From NCBI GenBank assembly GCA_031426955.1, contig JASJPA010000001.1, positions 18,152 to 82,151 of the forward strand: a DNA stretch of 64,000 nucleotides, read 5' to 3'. The stretch comes from Sulfuricella sp. (GTDB taxonomy: Bacteria; Pseudomonadota; Gammaproteobacteria; Burkholderiales; Sulfuricellaceae). Below the pieces are notes generated by a model. That model had not been told where the DNA came from, ran no database searches, and was given only the letters and a program-made list of their open reading frames with translations. Made by a program: the position numbers and the translations under genes. Of the stretch, positions 11,142 to 21,318 are shown in pieces (positions within the stretch are counted from its first letter, which is position 1; every line of letters starts with the position of its first letter).

Positions 11142-11151
11142 GGGCAAAGGC

Positions 11152-12099
11152 ATGAACAGTGCGCTAATGCACGAATCCCGACAACTGCGCGGCGAGTTGC
11201 GCCGCAACGAGCCGATGAGCAAGCACACCAGCTGGCGCGTCGGCGGGCCGGCCGAGCGCTTTTACATTCCGGCGGATATCGCCGATTTGTCGCAGTTTTT
11301 GCAGGGGCTGGCGGCTGACGAGCCGGTGCACTTCATCGGCCTGGGCAGCAATTTGCTGGTGCGCGATGGCGGGGTACGCGGCACGGTGGTGCTTCTGCAC
11401 GGTGCGCTCAACCAGATCACGCTTACTCACGGAAAGCCGGGCGCGCCGGCCGGTGTTTACGCCGAAGCGGGTGTGGCCAGTCCCAAGGTGGCGCGATTTG
11501 CAGCCTTGAACGGTTTCGAAGGCGCCGAGTTTCTTGCCGGCATTCCCGGCACGGTGGGTGGTGCGCTGGCGATGAACGCCGGCTGCTACGGCGCCGAAAC
11601 CTGGCAATACGTGACCGAGGTGCTGACCATCGACAGTTTCGGCGAGTTGCGCCGCCGTACGCCGCAGGATTACGACATCGGCTACCGTCACGTGGCGCTC
11701 AAGGCGGGGAGCGGCAGCGAGTGGTTCGTCGCCGCCTGGTTCGCCTTCAGGCCCGGCAACGGTGAGGTTTCGCGGAAGAAGATCAAGGGCTTGCTGGAAA
11801 AGCGGGTGGCGAGCCAGCCGATCGGCACGCCCAATGCCGGCTCGGTGTTCCGCAATCCTCCCGGCGACCATGCGGCGCGACTGATCGAGGCGTGCGGCCT
11901 GAAGGGAACGACGATCGGCGGGGCGATGGTGTCGCCCAAGCATGCCAATTTCATCGTCAACGCCGGCGGAGCCACGGCAGCGGACATCGAGGCGCTGATC
12001 GCCAGGGTGCGGCAAACGGTCAAGGAACAGCACGGCGTGGAACTGGTGACGGAAGTAAGAGTAATCGGTGAGAAGTTAGGAGTAAGGAGTGAGGAGTAA
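11152..12099 (+). CDS. murB: UDP-N-acetylenolpyruvoylglucosamine reductase; start uncertain
   Basis: [26 protein letters not shown] and HANFIVN motifs. Confidence 0.96.
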   Translation: MNSALMHESRQLRGELRRNEPMSKHTSWRVGGPAERFYIPADIADLSQFLQGLAADEPVHFIGLGSNLLVRDGGVRGTVVLLHGALNQITLTHGKPGAPAGVYAEAGVASPKVARFAALNGFEGAEFLAGIPGTVGGALAMNAGCYGAETWQYVTEVLTIDSFGELRRRTPQDYDIGYRHVALKAGSGSEWFVAAWFAFRPGNGEVSRKKIKGLLEKRVASQPIGTPNAGSVFRNPPGDHAARLIEACGLKGTTIGGAMVSPKHANFIVNAGGATAADIEALIARVRQTVKEQHGVELVTEVRVIGEKLGVRSEE

Positions 12100-12196
12100 A
12101 GGCATGCCAGGTGAAATCGACAATATGTTGACTGAGAAAGACGCGAGTGGAGAAATCGGGGTTTTTACCCCTCACTCCTCACCCCTCACTCCTCAC
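12068..12196. repeat. Heptamer-built inverted repeat (33-bp arms) straddling the murB stop and ddl start
   Basis: Left arm 12068-12100 and right arm 12164-12196 with 5 mismatches. Confidence 0.9.
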
Positions 12197-13102
12197 GTCT
12201 TTGGCAAGGTCGCGGTGCTGCTGGGCGGAAAATCCGCCGAGCGCGAGGTGTCGCTGAAGAGCGGCAATGCGGTGCTGGCGGCGCTCAAGCGCAGCGGTGT
12301 GGATGCGCACCCGTTCGATCCGGCCGAGCGGGAGCTGGGCGAGCTGAAGCGGGAGGGCTACCAGCGCGTCTTTATCGCCCTGCACGGCGGCCAGGGCGAA
12401 GACGGCACGGTGCAGGGCGCGCTGGCCCTGCTGGGTATTCCTTATACCGGCAGCGGCGTGCTGGCGTCTGCCCTGGCGATGGACAAATGGCGCAGCAAGC
12501 TGGTGTGGCAGGCGGCAGGGCTGCCGGTTCCCGCCTACGAGCTGCTCGATGCCGGCAGCGATTTTGCGGCGGTCGCCGCGCGCCTCGGCTTGCCGCTGTT
12601 CGTCAAGCCGGCCAACGAAGGCTCCAGCGTCGGCATCAGCAAGGTGAAGGCGGTTGAAGACCTGCGTGCCGCTTACGAGCTGGCGGCGCGTTACGACGAC
12701 CTGGTGATTGCCGAACAGTTCGTCGGTGGCGGCGAATACACCGCTGCGATTCTCGGCAATGATGCGCTGCCGGTGATCAAGATCGAGCCGGCCAACGAGT
12801 TCTACGATTACGAGGCGAAATACCTGCGCGACGACACCCGCTACCTTTGCCCGTGTGGGCTGTCAGCGGAACAGGAGAGCGAAATCCAGCGCCTGGCAAA
12901 ACGGGGCTATGCCGTGATCGGCGGCGCTGGCTGGGGGAGGGTGGATTTCCTGCTCGATGCGGCGGGCAAGCCGTACCTGCTGGAAGCCAACACCTCGCCC
13001 GGTATGACCGACCATAGCCTGGTGCCGATGGCGGCGCGGGCAGCGGGTTTGAGCTTTGAAGATTTGGTGATCAAGGTTCTTGAACTGGCTAGCGTGGAAT
13101 GA
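12104..13102 (+). CDS. ddlB: D-alanine--D-alanine ligase with a repeat-derived N-terminal extension; start ATG 12104 or 12125
   Basis: [24 protein letters not shown] and EANTSPGMT motifs. Confidence 0.96.
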   Translation: MPGEIDNMLTEKDASGEIGVFTPHSSPLTPHVFGKVAVLLGGKSAEREVSLKSGNAVLAALKRSGVDAHPFDPAERELGELKREGYQRVFIALHGGQGEDGTVQGALALLGIPYTGSGVLASALAMDKWRSKLVWQAAGLPVPAYELLDAGSDFAAVAARLGLPLFVKPANEGSSVGISKVKAVEDLRAAYELAARYDDLVIAEQFVGGGEYTAAILGNDALPVIKIEPANEFYDYEAKYLRDDTRYLCPCGLSAEQESEIQRLAKRGYAVIGGAGWGRVDFLLDAAGKPYLLEANTSPGMTDHSLVPMAARAAGLSFEDLVIKVLELASVE

Positions 13103-13131
13103 ACGCCATGAACCCAGATTATTTGCTAGGC

Positions 13132-13177
13132 GTAGGTCGGGCTTTAGCCCGACATGTCGGGTTGAAACCCGACCTAC
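13132..13177. repeat. GTAG-family REP doublet
   Basis: GTAGGTCGGGCTTTAGCCCGAC-at-GTCGGGTTGAAACCCGACCTAC. Confidence 0.92.
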
Positions 13178-13194
13178 GATTCTGGAACTGAACC

Positions 13195-14001
13195 GTGTGG
13201 GATAAAACGCAGATGACCTTGTGGCTGGCAAACACGCTTTACGCCCTGGCGGCGGTGCTGCTGGTGTATGCCGTGCTGTTCCTGGTGGTGCATCTGCCGG
13301 TGTTTCCGCTGCGCAAGGTGGACGTCAAGGGAGAGCTGCAGCACGTCAACCGCGAGCAGGTGAAGTTCATCGTTGCACGCGAGATGAAGGGGAACTTCTT
13401 TACCCTCGATCTGAACCGCACCCGCGCGGCGTTCGAGAAGCTGCCCTGGGTGCGCAACGTGAACGTGAGGCGGCGCTGGCCGGACCGGCTGGAAGTGGCG
13501 ATCGAGGAGCATGTGGTGCTGGCACGCTGGGGGAGTTCGGCGCTGGTCAATACCCACGGCGAGCTGTTCAGGGCGGCTTCGAACGCGGTGCTGCCGGAGT
13601 TCAACGGCCCGGAAGACGCGGCCAGGGAAGTGACTGGGCATTATGAGGAATTCGGCCGGTTGCTCGAGCCGTTCAACCTGACTCTGACCCGCATGACCCT
13701 GTCGGACCGCCGTGCGTTGCAGCTCAAGCTGAATAATGGACTGGTAGTGGAATTGGGCAGGGAGAAGGTGCGCGAGCGCTTGGAGAAATTCGTCGGGGTG
13801 TACGGCCAGACTGTCGCCAAGCTCCCGCTATCCGTCGCCTACGCCGACCTGCGCTATGCCAACGGGTTTGCGGTGCGCTATCCGGAGATTGCAGAGAAGG
13901 CGGCAAAGAAGGCGCAGCCGGCAGCAAGGCCGAGTCAGGAAAGTTCGAAGAAAAAAGTCGGGTGGCGAAGTGATGTCTATGATCTGGCAACCGCCGTCTG
14001 A
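13195..14001 (+). CDS. ftsQ: Cell division protein FtsQ
   Basis: N-terminal TM, POTRA segment (LPWVRNVNVRRRWP), DLRYANG; precedes ftsA. Confidence 0.94.
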   Translation: MWDKTQMTLWLANTLYALAAVLLVYAVLFLVVHLPVFPLRKVDVKGELQHVNREQVKFIVAREMKGNFFTLDLNRTRAAFEKLPWVRNVNVRRRWPDRLEVAIEEHVVLARWGSSALVNTHGELFRAASNAVLPEFNGPEDAAREVTGHYEEFGRLLEPFNLTLTRMTLSDRRALQLKLNNGLVVELGREKVRERLEKFVGVYGQTVAKLPLSVAYADLRYANGFAVRYPEIAEKAAKKAQPAARPSQESSKKKVGWRSDVYDLATAV

Positions 14002-14016
14002 CCAGGGAGACCAGGG

Positions 14017-15255
14017 ATGAGCAAGACTAAAGAGCAAAAAAATCTGATCGTGGGTCTGGACATCGGCACCTCGAAAATCGTCGCCATCGTCGCGGAGATT
14101 CTGCCGGAAGGGCGGCTGGAGATCATCGGCATGGGGCAGGCGCCGTCGCGCGGTCTGAAGAAGGGCGTGGTGGTGAATATCGAGTCCACCGTCAACGCCA
14201 TCCAGCGCGCGCTGGAGGAAGCCGAGCTGATGGCCGACTGCAAGATCCGCGAGGTCTACACCGGCATCGCCGGCAGCCATATCAGGAGCATCAACTCGCA
14301 TGGCATGGTGGCGATCAAGGACAAGGAAGTGGGGCAGTCCGACGTCGACCGGGTGATCGAAACGGCGCGCGCGGTGATCATTCCGACCGACCAGCAGGTA
14401 CTCCACATCCTTACCCAGGAATTCATCATCGACGGACAGGAAGACGTGCGCGAGCCGCTCGGCATGAGCGGGGTAAAGCTGGAGGTCAAGGTGCATATCG
14501 TCACCGGCGCGATCAGCGCGGCCCAGAACATCATCAAGTGCGTGCGCCGCTGCGGGCTGGAAGTGCGCGACCTGATCCTGCAGCCGCTGGCATCCAGCAT
14601 GGCGGTGTTGTCGGAGGACGAAAAAGACCTGGGCGTGTGCCTGGTGGACATCGGCGGCGGCACCACCGACATCGCGGTATTCACCGGCGGCGCGATCCGC
14701 CACACCTCGGTGATCCCGATCGCCGGCGACCAGATCACCAACGATGTGGCCATGGCGCTCAGGACGCCGACGGCGGACGCCGAGGACCTGAAGGTTAAAT
14801 ACGGCTGCGCGCTGCGCCAGCTGGCCGACGCGAAGCAAATGATCGAGGTGCTCGGCGTCGGCGACCGGCCTGCGCGCCAGCTATCCCGCCAGACTCTGGC
14901 CGAGGTGATCGAGCCGCGAGTCGAGGAACTGTACAGCCTGGTGCAGGCGGAATTGCGCCGCAGCGGTTTCGAGGAGCTGCTCTCTTCCGGCATCGTCATC
15001 ACCGGCGGCAGCAGCGCCATGGAGGGTATGGCGGAGCTGGGCGAGGAGGTGTTCCACATGCCGGTGCGGCTGGGGATGCCGCAGTACGTGGGCGGGTTGG
15101 CCGAGGTGGTGCGCAATCCGCGCTTCGCCACCGGCGTGGGGCTGCTGCTCGCGGGCATGGATCAACACCAGCGGCATCACCTGGCAACGCTGCAGAACGG
15201 CTCGATGACACAGATTTTCAATCGGATGAAGAGTTGGTTTCAGGGGAACTTTTGA
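14017..15255 (+). CDS. ftsA: Cell division protein FtsA
   Basis: GLDIGTSK, DIGGGTT and TGGSS actin-fold motifs. Confidence 0.98.
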   Translation: MSKTKEQKNLIVGLDIGTSKIVAIVAEILPEGRLEIIGMGQAPSRGLKKGVVVNIESTVNAIQRALEEAELMADCKIREVYTGIAGSHIRSINSHGMVAIKDKEVGQSDVDRVIETARAVIIPTDQQVLHILTQEFIIDGQEDVREPLGMSGVKLEVKVHIVTGAISAAQNIIKCVRRCGLEVRDLILQPLASSMAVLSEDEKDLGVCLVDIGGGTTDIAVFTGGAIRHTSVIPIAGDQITNDVAMALRTPTADAEDLKVKYGCALRQLADAKQMIEVLGVGDRPARQLSRQTLAEVIEPRVEELYSLVQAELRRSGFEELLSSGIVITGGSSAMEGMAELGEEVFHMPVRLGMPQYVGGLAEVVRNPRFATGVGLLLAGMDQHQRHHLATLQNGSMTQIFNRMKSWFQGNF

Positions 15256-15300
15256 TTTTTTGGTTTTTTAACTTTGGGTATAACAACAAAGGAGACAGGC

Positions 15301-16455
15301 ATGTTTGAGATCATGGACACACAAACACAGGAAGCGGTAATCAAGGTGATCGGCGTGGGCGGCTGCGGCGGCAATGCAGTGGATCATATGATCGCCAGCG
15401 GCCTGGACGGCGTCGAGTTCATCTGCGCCAACACCGATGCGCAGGCGCTCAAGCGCAATCAGGCCGGCATCACCGTGCAGTTGGGCTCGGCCATCACCAA
15501 GGGTCTGGGTGCGGGCGCCAATCCCGGAGTCGGGCGCGAGGCGGCGCTGGAAGACAGGGAGCGCATCGCCGAGCTGATCGATGGCGCCGACATGCTGTTC
15601 ATCACCGCCGGCATGGGCGGCGGCACCGGCACCGGCGCCGCGCCGGTGGTGGCCGAAGTCGCCAAGGAGCTGGGCATCCTGACCGTGGCGGTGGTGACCA
15701 AGCCGTTCGGCTTCGAGGGCAAGCGCATGAAAGTGGCGCTCGAAGGCATCGAGGCGCTGACGCAGCATGTCGATTCCCTGATCGTGATCCCCAACGACAA
15801 GCTGATGGAAGTGCTGGGCGGCAAGATCGGCTTCCGCGATGCGTTCAAGGCGGCGGATGGCGTGTTGCATGGCGCGGTGGCGGGCATTGCCGAGCTGATC
15901 AAGTGCACCGGCCTGATCAACGTCGACTTTGCCGACGTGCGCACGGTGATGTCCGAGATGGGCATGGCGATGATGGGCTCGGCCCAGGCAACCGGCGCCG
16001 ACCGCGCCCGCATGGCGGCGGAGCAGGCAGTGGCCAGTCCGCTGCTGGAAGATGTCAACCTGTCCGGTGCGCGCGGCGTGCTGGTCAACATCAGTGCCAG
16101 CGAGGACATGAATCTCGAGGAAGTCTACGAAGTGATGAACACCATCCGCAGCTTTACCGCCGAGGACGCAACGGTGATTTTCGGCACGGTGTTCGACAAC
16201 ACACTGCAGGACGAATTGCGCGTGACAGTGGTGGCTACCGGCCTGGGTTCGCCGGTCAACCGTCAACAGAGCAAGCCGTTAAGCATAGTGATTTCGAAGA
16301 CCGGTACCGACAATGAGCCGATGATGGTGGATTACGCTGCACTGGAACAACCCTCAGTGTTCCGGAACCGGCGTGAAGCCCAAGTCGAGGCGATGAAACA
16401 GTCCGGCGTGGAATTGCTCGATATTCCGGCATTCCTGCGCAAGCAAGCCGACTGA
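15301..16455 (+). CDS. ftsZ: Cell division protein FtsZ
   Basis: GGGTGTG tubulin signature, NVDFAD, C-terminal [11 protein letters not shown]; SD GGAG before ATG 15301. Confidence 0.98.
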   Translation: MFEIMDTQTQEAVIKVIGVGGCGGNAVDHMIASGLDGVEFICANTDAQALKRNQAGITVQLGSAITKGLGAGANPGVGREAALEDRERIAELIDGADMLFITAGMGGGTGTGAAPVVAEVAKELGILTVAVVTKPFGFEGKRMKVALEGIEALTQHVDSLIVIPNDKLMEVLGGKIGFRDAFKAADGVLHGAVAGIAELIKCTGLINVDFADVRTVMSEMGMAMMGSAQATGADRARMAAEQAVASPLLEDVNLSGARGVLVNISASEDMNLEEVYEVMNTIRSFTAEDATVIFGTVFDNTLQDELRVTVVATGLGSPVNRQQSKPLSIVISKTGTDNEPMMVDYAALEQPSVFRNRREAQVEAMKQSGVELLDIPAFLRKQAD

Positions 16456-16465
16456 CCCGCGCGAT

Positions 16466-16534
16466 GTAGGTCGGGCTTCAGCCCGACATGTCGCCTAGAG
16501 GCGCCTACTTCTGGCGGGTTAAAACCCGACCTAC
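16466..16534. repeat. GTAG-family REP doublet after ftsZ
   Basis: GTAGGTCGGGCTTCAGCCCGAC (16466-16487) with inverted GGCGGGTTAAAACCCGACCTAC (16513-16534). Confidence 0.88.
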
Positions 16535-16642
16535 AATAGCAGCATCTGCAGGGTGTCGGTTTCGGTGCGAGAGTTGGCCTGCCACGCTCGCCGTGCTAAA
16601 CTGCCGGCCTCTGACAACACCATGATGCTCATGGGAAATTTC

Positions 16643-17557
16643 GTGATTAGACAGCGGACACTGAAAAATATCATACGCGCCACTGGGGTGGGGCTGCATA
16701 CCGGCGAGAAGGTGTACCTCACCTTGCGTCCGGCCGCAGTCGACACCGGCATCGTGTTTCGTCGCGTCGATCTGGCTGAACCTGTGGAGATCAAGGCGGA
16801 GCCGTTCAGTGTCGGCGAAACCCGGCTGTCCTCGACGCTGGTGCGGGATGGCGTCAAAGTGTCCACCGTCGAGCATCTGATGTCTGCCTTTGCCGGCCTG
16901 GGTATCGACAATGCCTATGTCGACCTGTCCGCGCCGGAAGTGCCGATCATGGACGGCAGCGCCTCGCCCTTCGTGTTTCTGCTGCAGTCCGCCGGCATCG
17001 AAGAGCAGTCGGCGCCGAAGAAATTCATCCGCGTCAAAAAACCGGTGGAGGTCAGGGACGGCGACAAATGGGTGCGCTTCGATCCGCACCCGGGCTTCCG
17101 GGTGAAGCTCACCATCGCTTTCGATCACCCGGTATTGTCCAATTCCGGCCAGTCCGTCACGGTGGATTTTGCCGACACTTCCTTCATCAAGGAAATTGCC
17201 CGTGCCCGCACCTTCGGCTTCATGCACGAGGTGGAGGCAATGCGCTCGCAGGGCCTGGCGCTGGGCGGCAGCCTCGACAACGCGATCGTGATGGACGAGT
17301 TTCGCGTGCTCAACAGCGATGGCTTGCGCTACGAGGATGAGTTCGTCAAGCACAAGGTGCTGGATGCCATCGGCGATCTTTATCTGCTCGGCCACCCGCT
17401 GATCGGTGCATTTACCGGCTACAAGTCCGGACATGCCATGAATAACCGCCTGTTGCGCTGCCTGATGGCGGATGCCGAGGCGTGGGAATTCGTCAGTTTC
17501 GAGCGCCAGGAAGATGCGCCGGCCGCCTTGCTGCGGTTGAACAGCCTGGCAGCCTGA
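16643..17557 (+). CDS. lpxC: UDP-3-O-acyl-GlcNAc deacetylase; likely GTG start
   Basis: RQRTLK N-terminus, TVEHLMSA and HKVLDAIGD zinc motifs. Confidence 0.97.
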   Translation: MIRQRTLKNIIRATGVGLHTGEKVYLTLRPAAVDTGIVFRRVDLAEPVEIKAEPFSVGETRLSSTLVRDGVKVSTVEHLMSAFAGLGIDNAYVDLSAPEVPIMDGSASPFVFLLQSAGIEEQSAPKKFIRVKKPVEVRDGDKWVRFDPHPGFRVKLTIAFDHPVLSNSGQSVTVDFADTSFIKEIARARTFGFMHEVEAMRSQGLALGGSLDNAIVMDEFRVLNSDGLRYEDEFVKHKVLDAIGDLYLLGHPLIGAFTGYKSGHAMNNRLLRCLMADAEAWEFVSFERQEDAPAALLRLNSLAA

Positions 17558-17560
17558 GGC

Positions 17561-17749
17561 TTGTTCATACTCAGGTTATTTGTCTATCTTGGCCTGATCG
17601 CCATCGTTGTTGCCGTGGTGATGTTCCTGTTCACCCGCGATGTCCGCTACCTTCGCTTCGCCTGGCAGATTTTCAAGTTCTCCGTGGTGTTCCTGCTGGT
17701 TTTCGCGGTCCTGATGATGATGGGGCGACTAATCCTTTACCGCGTCTGA
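17561..17749 (+). CDS. Small two-TM membrane protein of unknown function
   Basis: 62 aa; two hydrophobic helices separated by TRDVRYLRFAWQ. Confidence 0.6.
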   Translation: MFILRLFVYLGLIAIVVAVVMFLFTRDVRYLRFAWQIFKFSVVFLLVFAVLMMMGRLILYRV

Positions 17750-18169
17750 ATGCCGCTGGATTAAGGTATGAAGGGCGTTTTTCAGCGGCGAATCTGCCAG
17801 GCTTTCCTCTAGTTTTTCAAGACTTATCAATGCGTTATGGCTCACCGTCAGGTCTTTCGGCTTTTTGCCCGGAGGCGGGGCCTCGACTTGCACGTCCACC
17901 CGAATTGCAGTAACCTCAATCCCCTGCTTTTGAATTTTTTCCAGCAGGCTGGGCACGAGCTGCCGAAGCTTTCCGGCAACCGCGCCATTGCTCGCGTAGA
18001 CGATCAGCGTTTGCTGGCGGACCGCGCCGACCCTGGATGCAGCGGCCAGCGGTTTGGGCGCGACTTCATTCCAGGCCTTCTGCAACACCAGCAGTTTTTG
18101 CGCTTGCTGAAGGAGCGCCTGCAGGTTGGGCGCGACGCTCAGGAATGAATGTGCTGGATGGGCGGGCAT
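17729..18169 (-). CDS. dciA: DciA/DUF721-family helicase loader
   Basis: Resembles DUF721 (W..VAP...AAASRV...LIVYASNGAVAGKLRQ); usual position between lpxC and secA. Confidence 0.8.
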   Translation of the reverse strand: MPAHPAHSFLSVAPNLQALLQQAQKLLVLQKAWNEVAPKPLAAASRVGAVRQQTLIVYASNGAVAGKLRQLVPSLLEKIQKQGIEVTAIRVDVQVEAPPPGKKPKDLTVSHNALISLEKLEESLADSPLKNALHTLIQRHSDAVKD

Positions 18170-18197
18170 AGGGAACGAACAAACTAAAGGGAGAACT

Positions 18198-18458
18198 ATG
18201 AATGTTATTCTAGTTTCCGGTAAGTTGGCAAAGGGAAAGGCTGTGGCGCTTCCGGTTTTTCCCGCGGTTGCTGGTGACGGTCTTCTCCGGCGGTTGTTTC
18301 ATGCCGATACTTATGCCGGCTATGGTAATATGATAAAAATGGATCACAGCAACGGCTGACTTGGTGCTTAATGAGGGCCTCTGGAAAGTCAGAGTTCGAC
18401 AAAGGGCACCCTTTTGAAATTTGAAATTGATGGCCATCGCCCTGCTCGGCGCTGGCTT
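18198..18458 (+). pseudogene. Decayed M23 metallopeptidase remnant
   Basis: MNVILVSGKLAK N-terminus joined to YAGYGNMIKMDHSNG, then in-frame stops, then a degenerate STKGTLLKFEIDG. Confidence 0.7.
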
Positions 18459-18485
18459 TTTGTTTATTTTACTTCCTGAAAACTC

Positions 18486-21206
18486 ATGATATCCCGTCTG
18501 GTCAGAAAAATCTTTGGTAGCCGCAACGATCGGCTAATTAAGCAATACACGCAAACGGTACTAGCCATCAACGCGCTGGAGCCGAAAATCTCGCCTCTGT
18601 CCGATGCGGAGTTGCGTGCCAAAACTGATGAATTCAGGCAGCGTTACCAGAACGGGGAATCCCTGGATGCGCTGCTGCCGGAGGCTTTCGCCGTAGTACG
18701 CGAAGCCGGCAAGCGCGTGCTCGAGATGCGCCACTTCGATGTGCAGTTGATCGGCGGCATGGTGCTGCATTACGGCAAGATTGCCGAAATGCGCACCGGC
18801 GAGGGCAAAACCCTGGTGGCCACCCTGCCCGCGTATCTCAATGCGCTGTCCGGCAAGGGCGTCCATGTGATTACGGTGAACGACTACCTGGCCAAGCGCG
18901 ATGCCGAGTGGATGGGCCGCATCCACAATTTCCTCGGACTCACTGTCGGCGTCAACCTGTCGCAGATGGACCACGAGGAGAAACAGGCTGCCTACGCTGC
19001 CGACATCACCTACGGCACCAACAACGAATTCGGTTTCGACTACCTGCGCGACAATATGGTGTACCAGCCCGCGGAGCGGGTGCAGCGCAGCCTGAACTAC
19101 GCGATCGTCGATGAGGTGGATTCGATCCTGATCGACGAGGCGCGCACCCCGCTGATCATCTCCGGCCAGGCCGAGGACAACGTCGATCTGTATTACCGTA
19201 TCAACGATCTTGCGCCGAAACTGGCCAAGCAGGAACAGGAAGACGGGCCGGGCGATTACAGTGTCGATGAAAAGTCGCACCAGGTGTTGCTCAGCGAAGA
19301 GGGGCACGAGCACGCCGAGCAGATGCTGACACAGGCCGGCCTGCTGCTGCCCGGCACCAGCCTGTACGATGCCGCCAACATCAGCCTGGTCCATCACCTC
19401 TACGCTGCGCTGCGCGCCCACGCCCTGTACCACCGCGACCAGCACTACGTGGTGCAGGATGGCGAAGTGGTCATCGTCGACGAATTTACCGGCCGCCTGA
19501 TGTCCGGGCGACGCTGGTCGGATGGCCTGCATCAGGCGGTGGAGGCGAAGGAAGGCGTGGCGATCCAGAAGGAAAACCAGACCCTGGCGTCGATTACCTT
19601 CCAGAATTACTTCCGCATGTATTTGAAGCTGTCCGGCATGACCGGCACGGCCGAAACCGAAGCTTACGAATTCCAGCAGATATATGGGCTGGAAACCGTG
19701 GTGATCCCGCCCCACCGGCCCATGATCCGCGAGGATCGCATGGATCAGGTTTTTCGCACCGCAAAAGAAAAATACCAGGCGGTGATCAACGACATCAAGG
19801 AGTGCCAGAGCCGGGGCCAGCCGGTGCTGGTTGGCACGACCTCGATCGAAACTTCGGAATACATTTCCAATCTGCTGGAGCAGGAAAAGCTTGCGCATCA
19901 GGTGCTCAACGCCAAGCAGCACGCGCGCGAGGCCGAGATCGTGGCGCAGGCGGGTCGGCCGCAAGCGATTACCATCGCCACCAACATGGCGGGCCGCGGC
20001 ACGGATATCGTGCTGGGCGGTAGCATTGAAGGCGCTTTCGAAAAGATTCGCTTCGACGAGAGCCTGAGCGAAGAGGAAAAGATCAAGCGCCACGACGCGG
20101 TCAAGGGTGAATGGCAACCCGTGCATGACCAGGTACTGGTGGCGGGCGGCCTGCACATCATCGGCACCGAGCGCCACGAGTCGCGCCGGGTGGACAACCA
20201 GTTGCGGGGCCGTGCCGGGCGCCAGGGCGATGATGGTTCAAGCCGTTTCTACCTGTCGCTGGAAGATCCTCTGCTGCGCATCTTCGCCTCCGACCGCGTC
20301 GCAGCCATCATGGACCGCCTGAAGATGCCGGAGGGCGAGGCGATCGAGCACCCCTGGGTGACCCGCGCCATTGAGAATGCCCAGCGCAAGGTGGAGGCGC
20401 GCAACTTCGACATCCGCAAGCAACTGCTGGAGTACGACGATGTTGCCAACGACCAGCGCAAGGTGATCTACGCCCAGCGCAACGAGTTGCTGGAGGCCGA
20501 CGATATTTCCGAAACCATCCAGGCGATGCGCGAGGATGTGGTCAACGACCACATCAGCCAGTACATCATGCCGGAAAGCATGGAAGAGCAGTGGGACGTG
20601 GCGGGGCTGGAGAAGTCGCTGCACGCCGAATGGCAACTGGTCTTGCCGCTACGCGAGTGGCTGGATAAGGAATCCAGCCTGGACGAACACGGCCTGCGCA
20701 AACGCATCATCGATGCAGCCAACACACAGTACCAGCACAAGTTGGAATCTGTCGGCCTCGAAACCATGCACCACTTCGAACGCGCAGTGATGCTGCAAAG
20801 CCTGGACACCCACTGGCGCGAGCATCTGGCGGCGCTGGATCATCTGCGTCAGGGTATCCATCTGCGCGGTTACGCCCAGAAAAATCCGAAGCAGGAATAC
20901 AAGCGCGAAGCGTTCGAGCTGTTCTCCGACATGCTCGACCGCATCAAGCGCGAAGTCACCCAGATCGTGCTGACCGTGCAGATCCGCAGCGAAGAGGACG
21001 TGGAGGCGGTGGAAGCCCAGCCGCAACCGTCCAATGTTCAATACCACCACGCCGATTACGACGAGGCGCTGGGCGGGTCTGACGAGGGTGCAGAGGGTGA
21101 GGAGCATCACCCCTTCGTCCGCGCCGGCGACAAGGTCGGCCGCAACGATCCCTGTCCGTGCGGTTCGGGCAGGAAGTACAAGCAGTGCCATGGCAAGCTC
21201 AGCTGA
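18486..21206 (+). CDS. secA: Preprotein translocase ATPase
   Basis: [21 protein letters not shown]-terminal [13 protein letters not shown]. Confidence 0.99.
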   Translation: MISRLVRKIFGSRNDRLIKQYTQTVLAINALEPKISPLSDAELRAKTDEFRQRYQNGESLDALLPEAFAVVREAGKRVLEMRHFDVQLIGGMVLHYGKIAEMRTGEGKTLVATLPAYLNALSGKGVHVITVNDYLAKRDAEWMGRIHNFLGLTVGVNLSQMDHEEKQAAYAADITYGTNNEFGFDYLRDNMVYQPAERVQRSLNYAIVDEVDSILIDEARTPLIISGQAEDNVDLYYRINDLAPKLAKQEQEDGPGDYSVDEKSHQVLLSEEGHEHAEQMLTQAGLLLPGTSLYDAANISLVHHLYAALRAHALYHRDQHYVVQDGEVVIVDEFTGRLMSGRRWSDGLHQAVEAKEGVAIQKENQTLASITFQNYFRMYLKLSGMTGTAETEAYEFQQIYGLETVVIPPHRPMIREDRMDQVFRTAKEKYQAVINDIKECQSRGQPVLVGTTSIETSEYISNLLEQEKLAHQVLNAKQHAREAEIVAQAGRPQAITIATNMAGRGTDIVLGGSIEGAFEKIRFDESLSEEEKIKRHDAVKGEWQPVHDQVLVAGGLHIIGTERHESRRVDNQLRGRAGRQGDDGSSRFYLSLEDPLLRIFASDRVAAIMDRLKMPEGEAIEHPWVTRAIENAQRKVEARNFDIRKQLLEYDDVANDQRKVIYAQRNELLEADDISETIQAMREDVVNDHISQYIMPESMEEQWDVAGLEKSLHAEWQLVLPLREWLDKESSLDEHGLRKRIIDAANTQYQHKLESVGLETMHHFERAVMLQSLDTHWREHLAALDHLRQGIHLRGYAQKNPKQEYKREAFELFSDMLDRIKREVTQIVLTVQIRSEEDVEAVEAQPQPSNVQYHHADYDEALGGSDEGAEGEEHHPFVRAGDKVGRNDPCPCGSGRKYKQCHGKLS

Positions 21207-21224
21207 TTGCTGAGATTTGGCAGG

Positions 21225-21263
21225 AACAGAAAGGCCGGCTGGATGCCGGCCTTTCTGTTTCTT
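21225..21263 (+). terminator. Intrinsic terminator after secA
   Basis: Perfect 15-bp stem aacagaaaggccggc/gccggcctttctgtt with a T-rich 3' arm. Confidence 0.8.
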
Positions 21264-21318
21264 CTGCGGACGCCGGCTGTTAAAATACCGCAATCGTAAT
21301 AACCTTTCTGGAAGTGCC

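Noticed and set aside
8429-12196. Tandem short repeats as a possible CRISPR array
   Set aside because: Units are 7-8 bp in inverted arms with no unique spacers and no cas genes
3314-20177. Long antisense ORFs (e.g. 3314-4684, 4312-6000, 15268-16266, 18561-20177) and similar ones elsewhere
   Set aside because: Shadow ORFs opposite well-conserved genes in GC-rich DNA; no recognisable motifs
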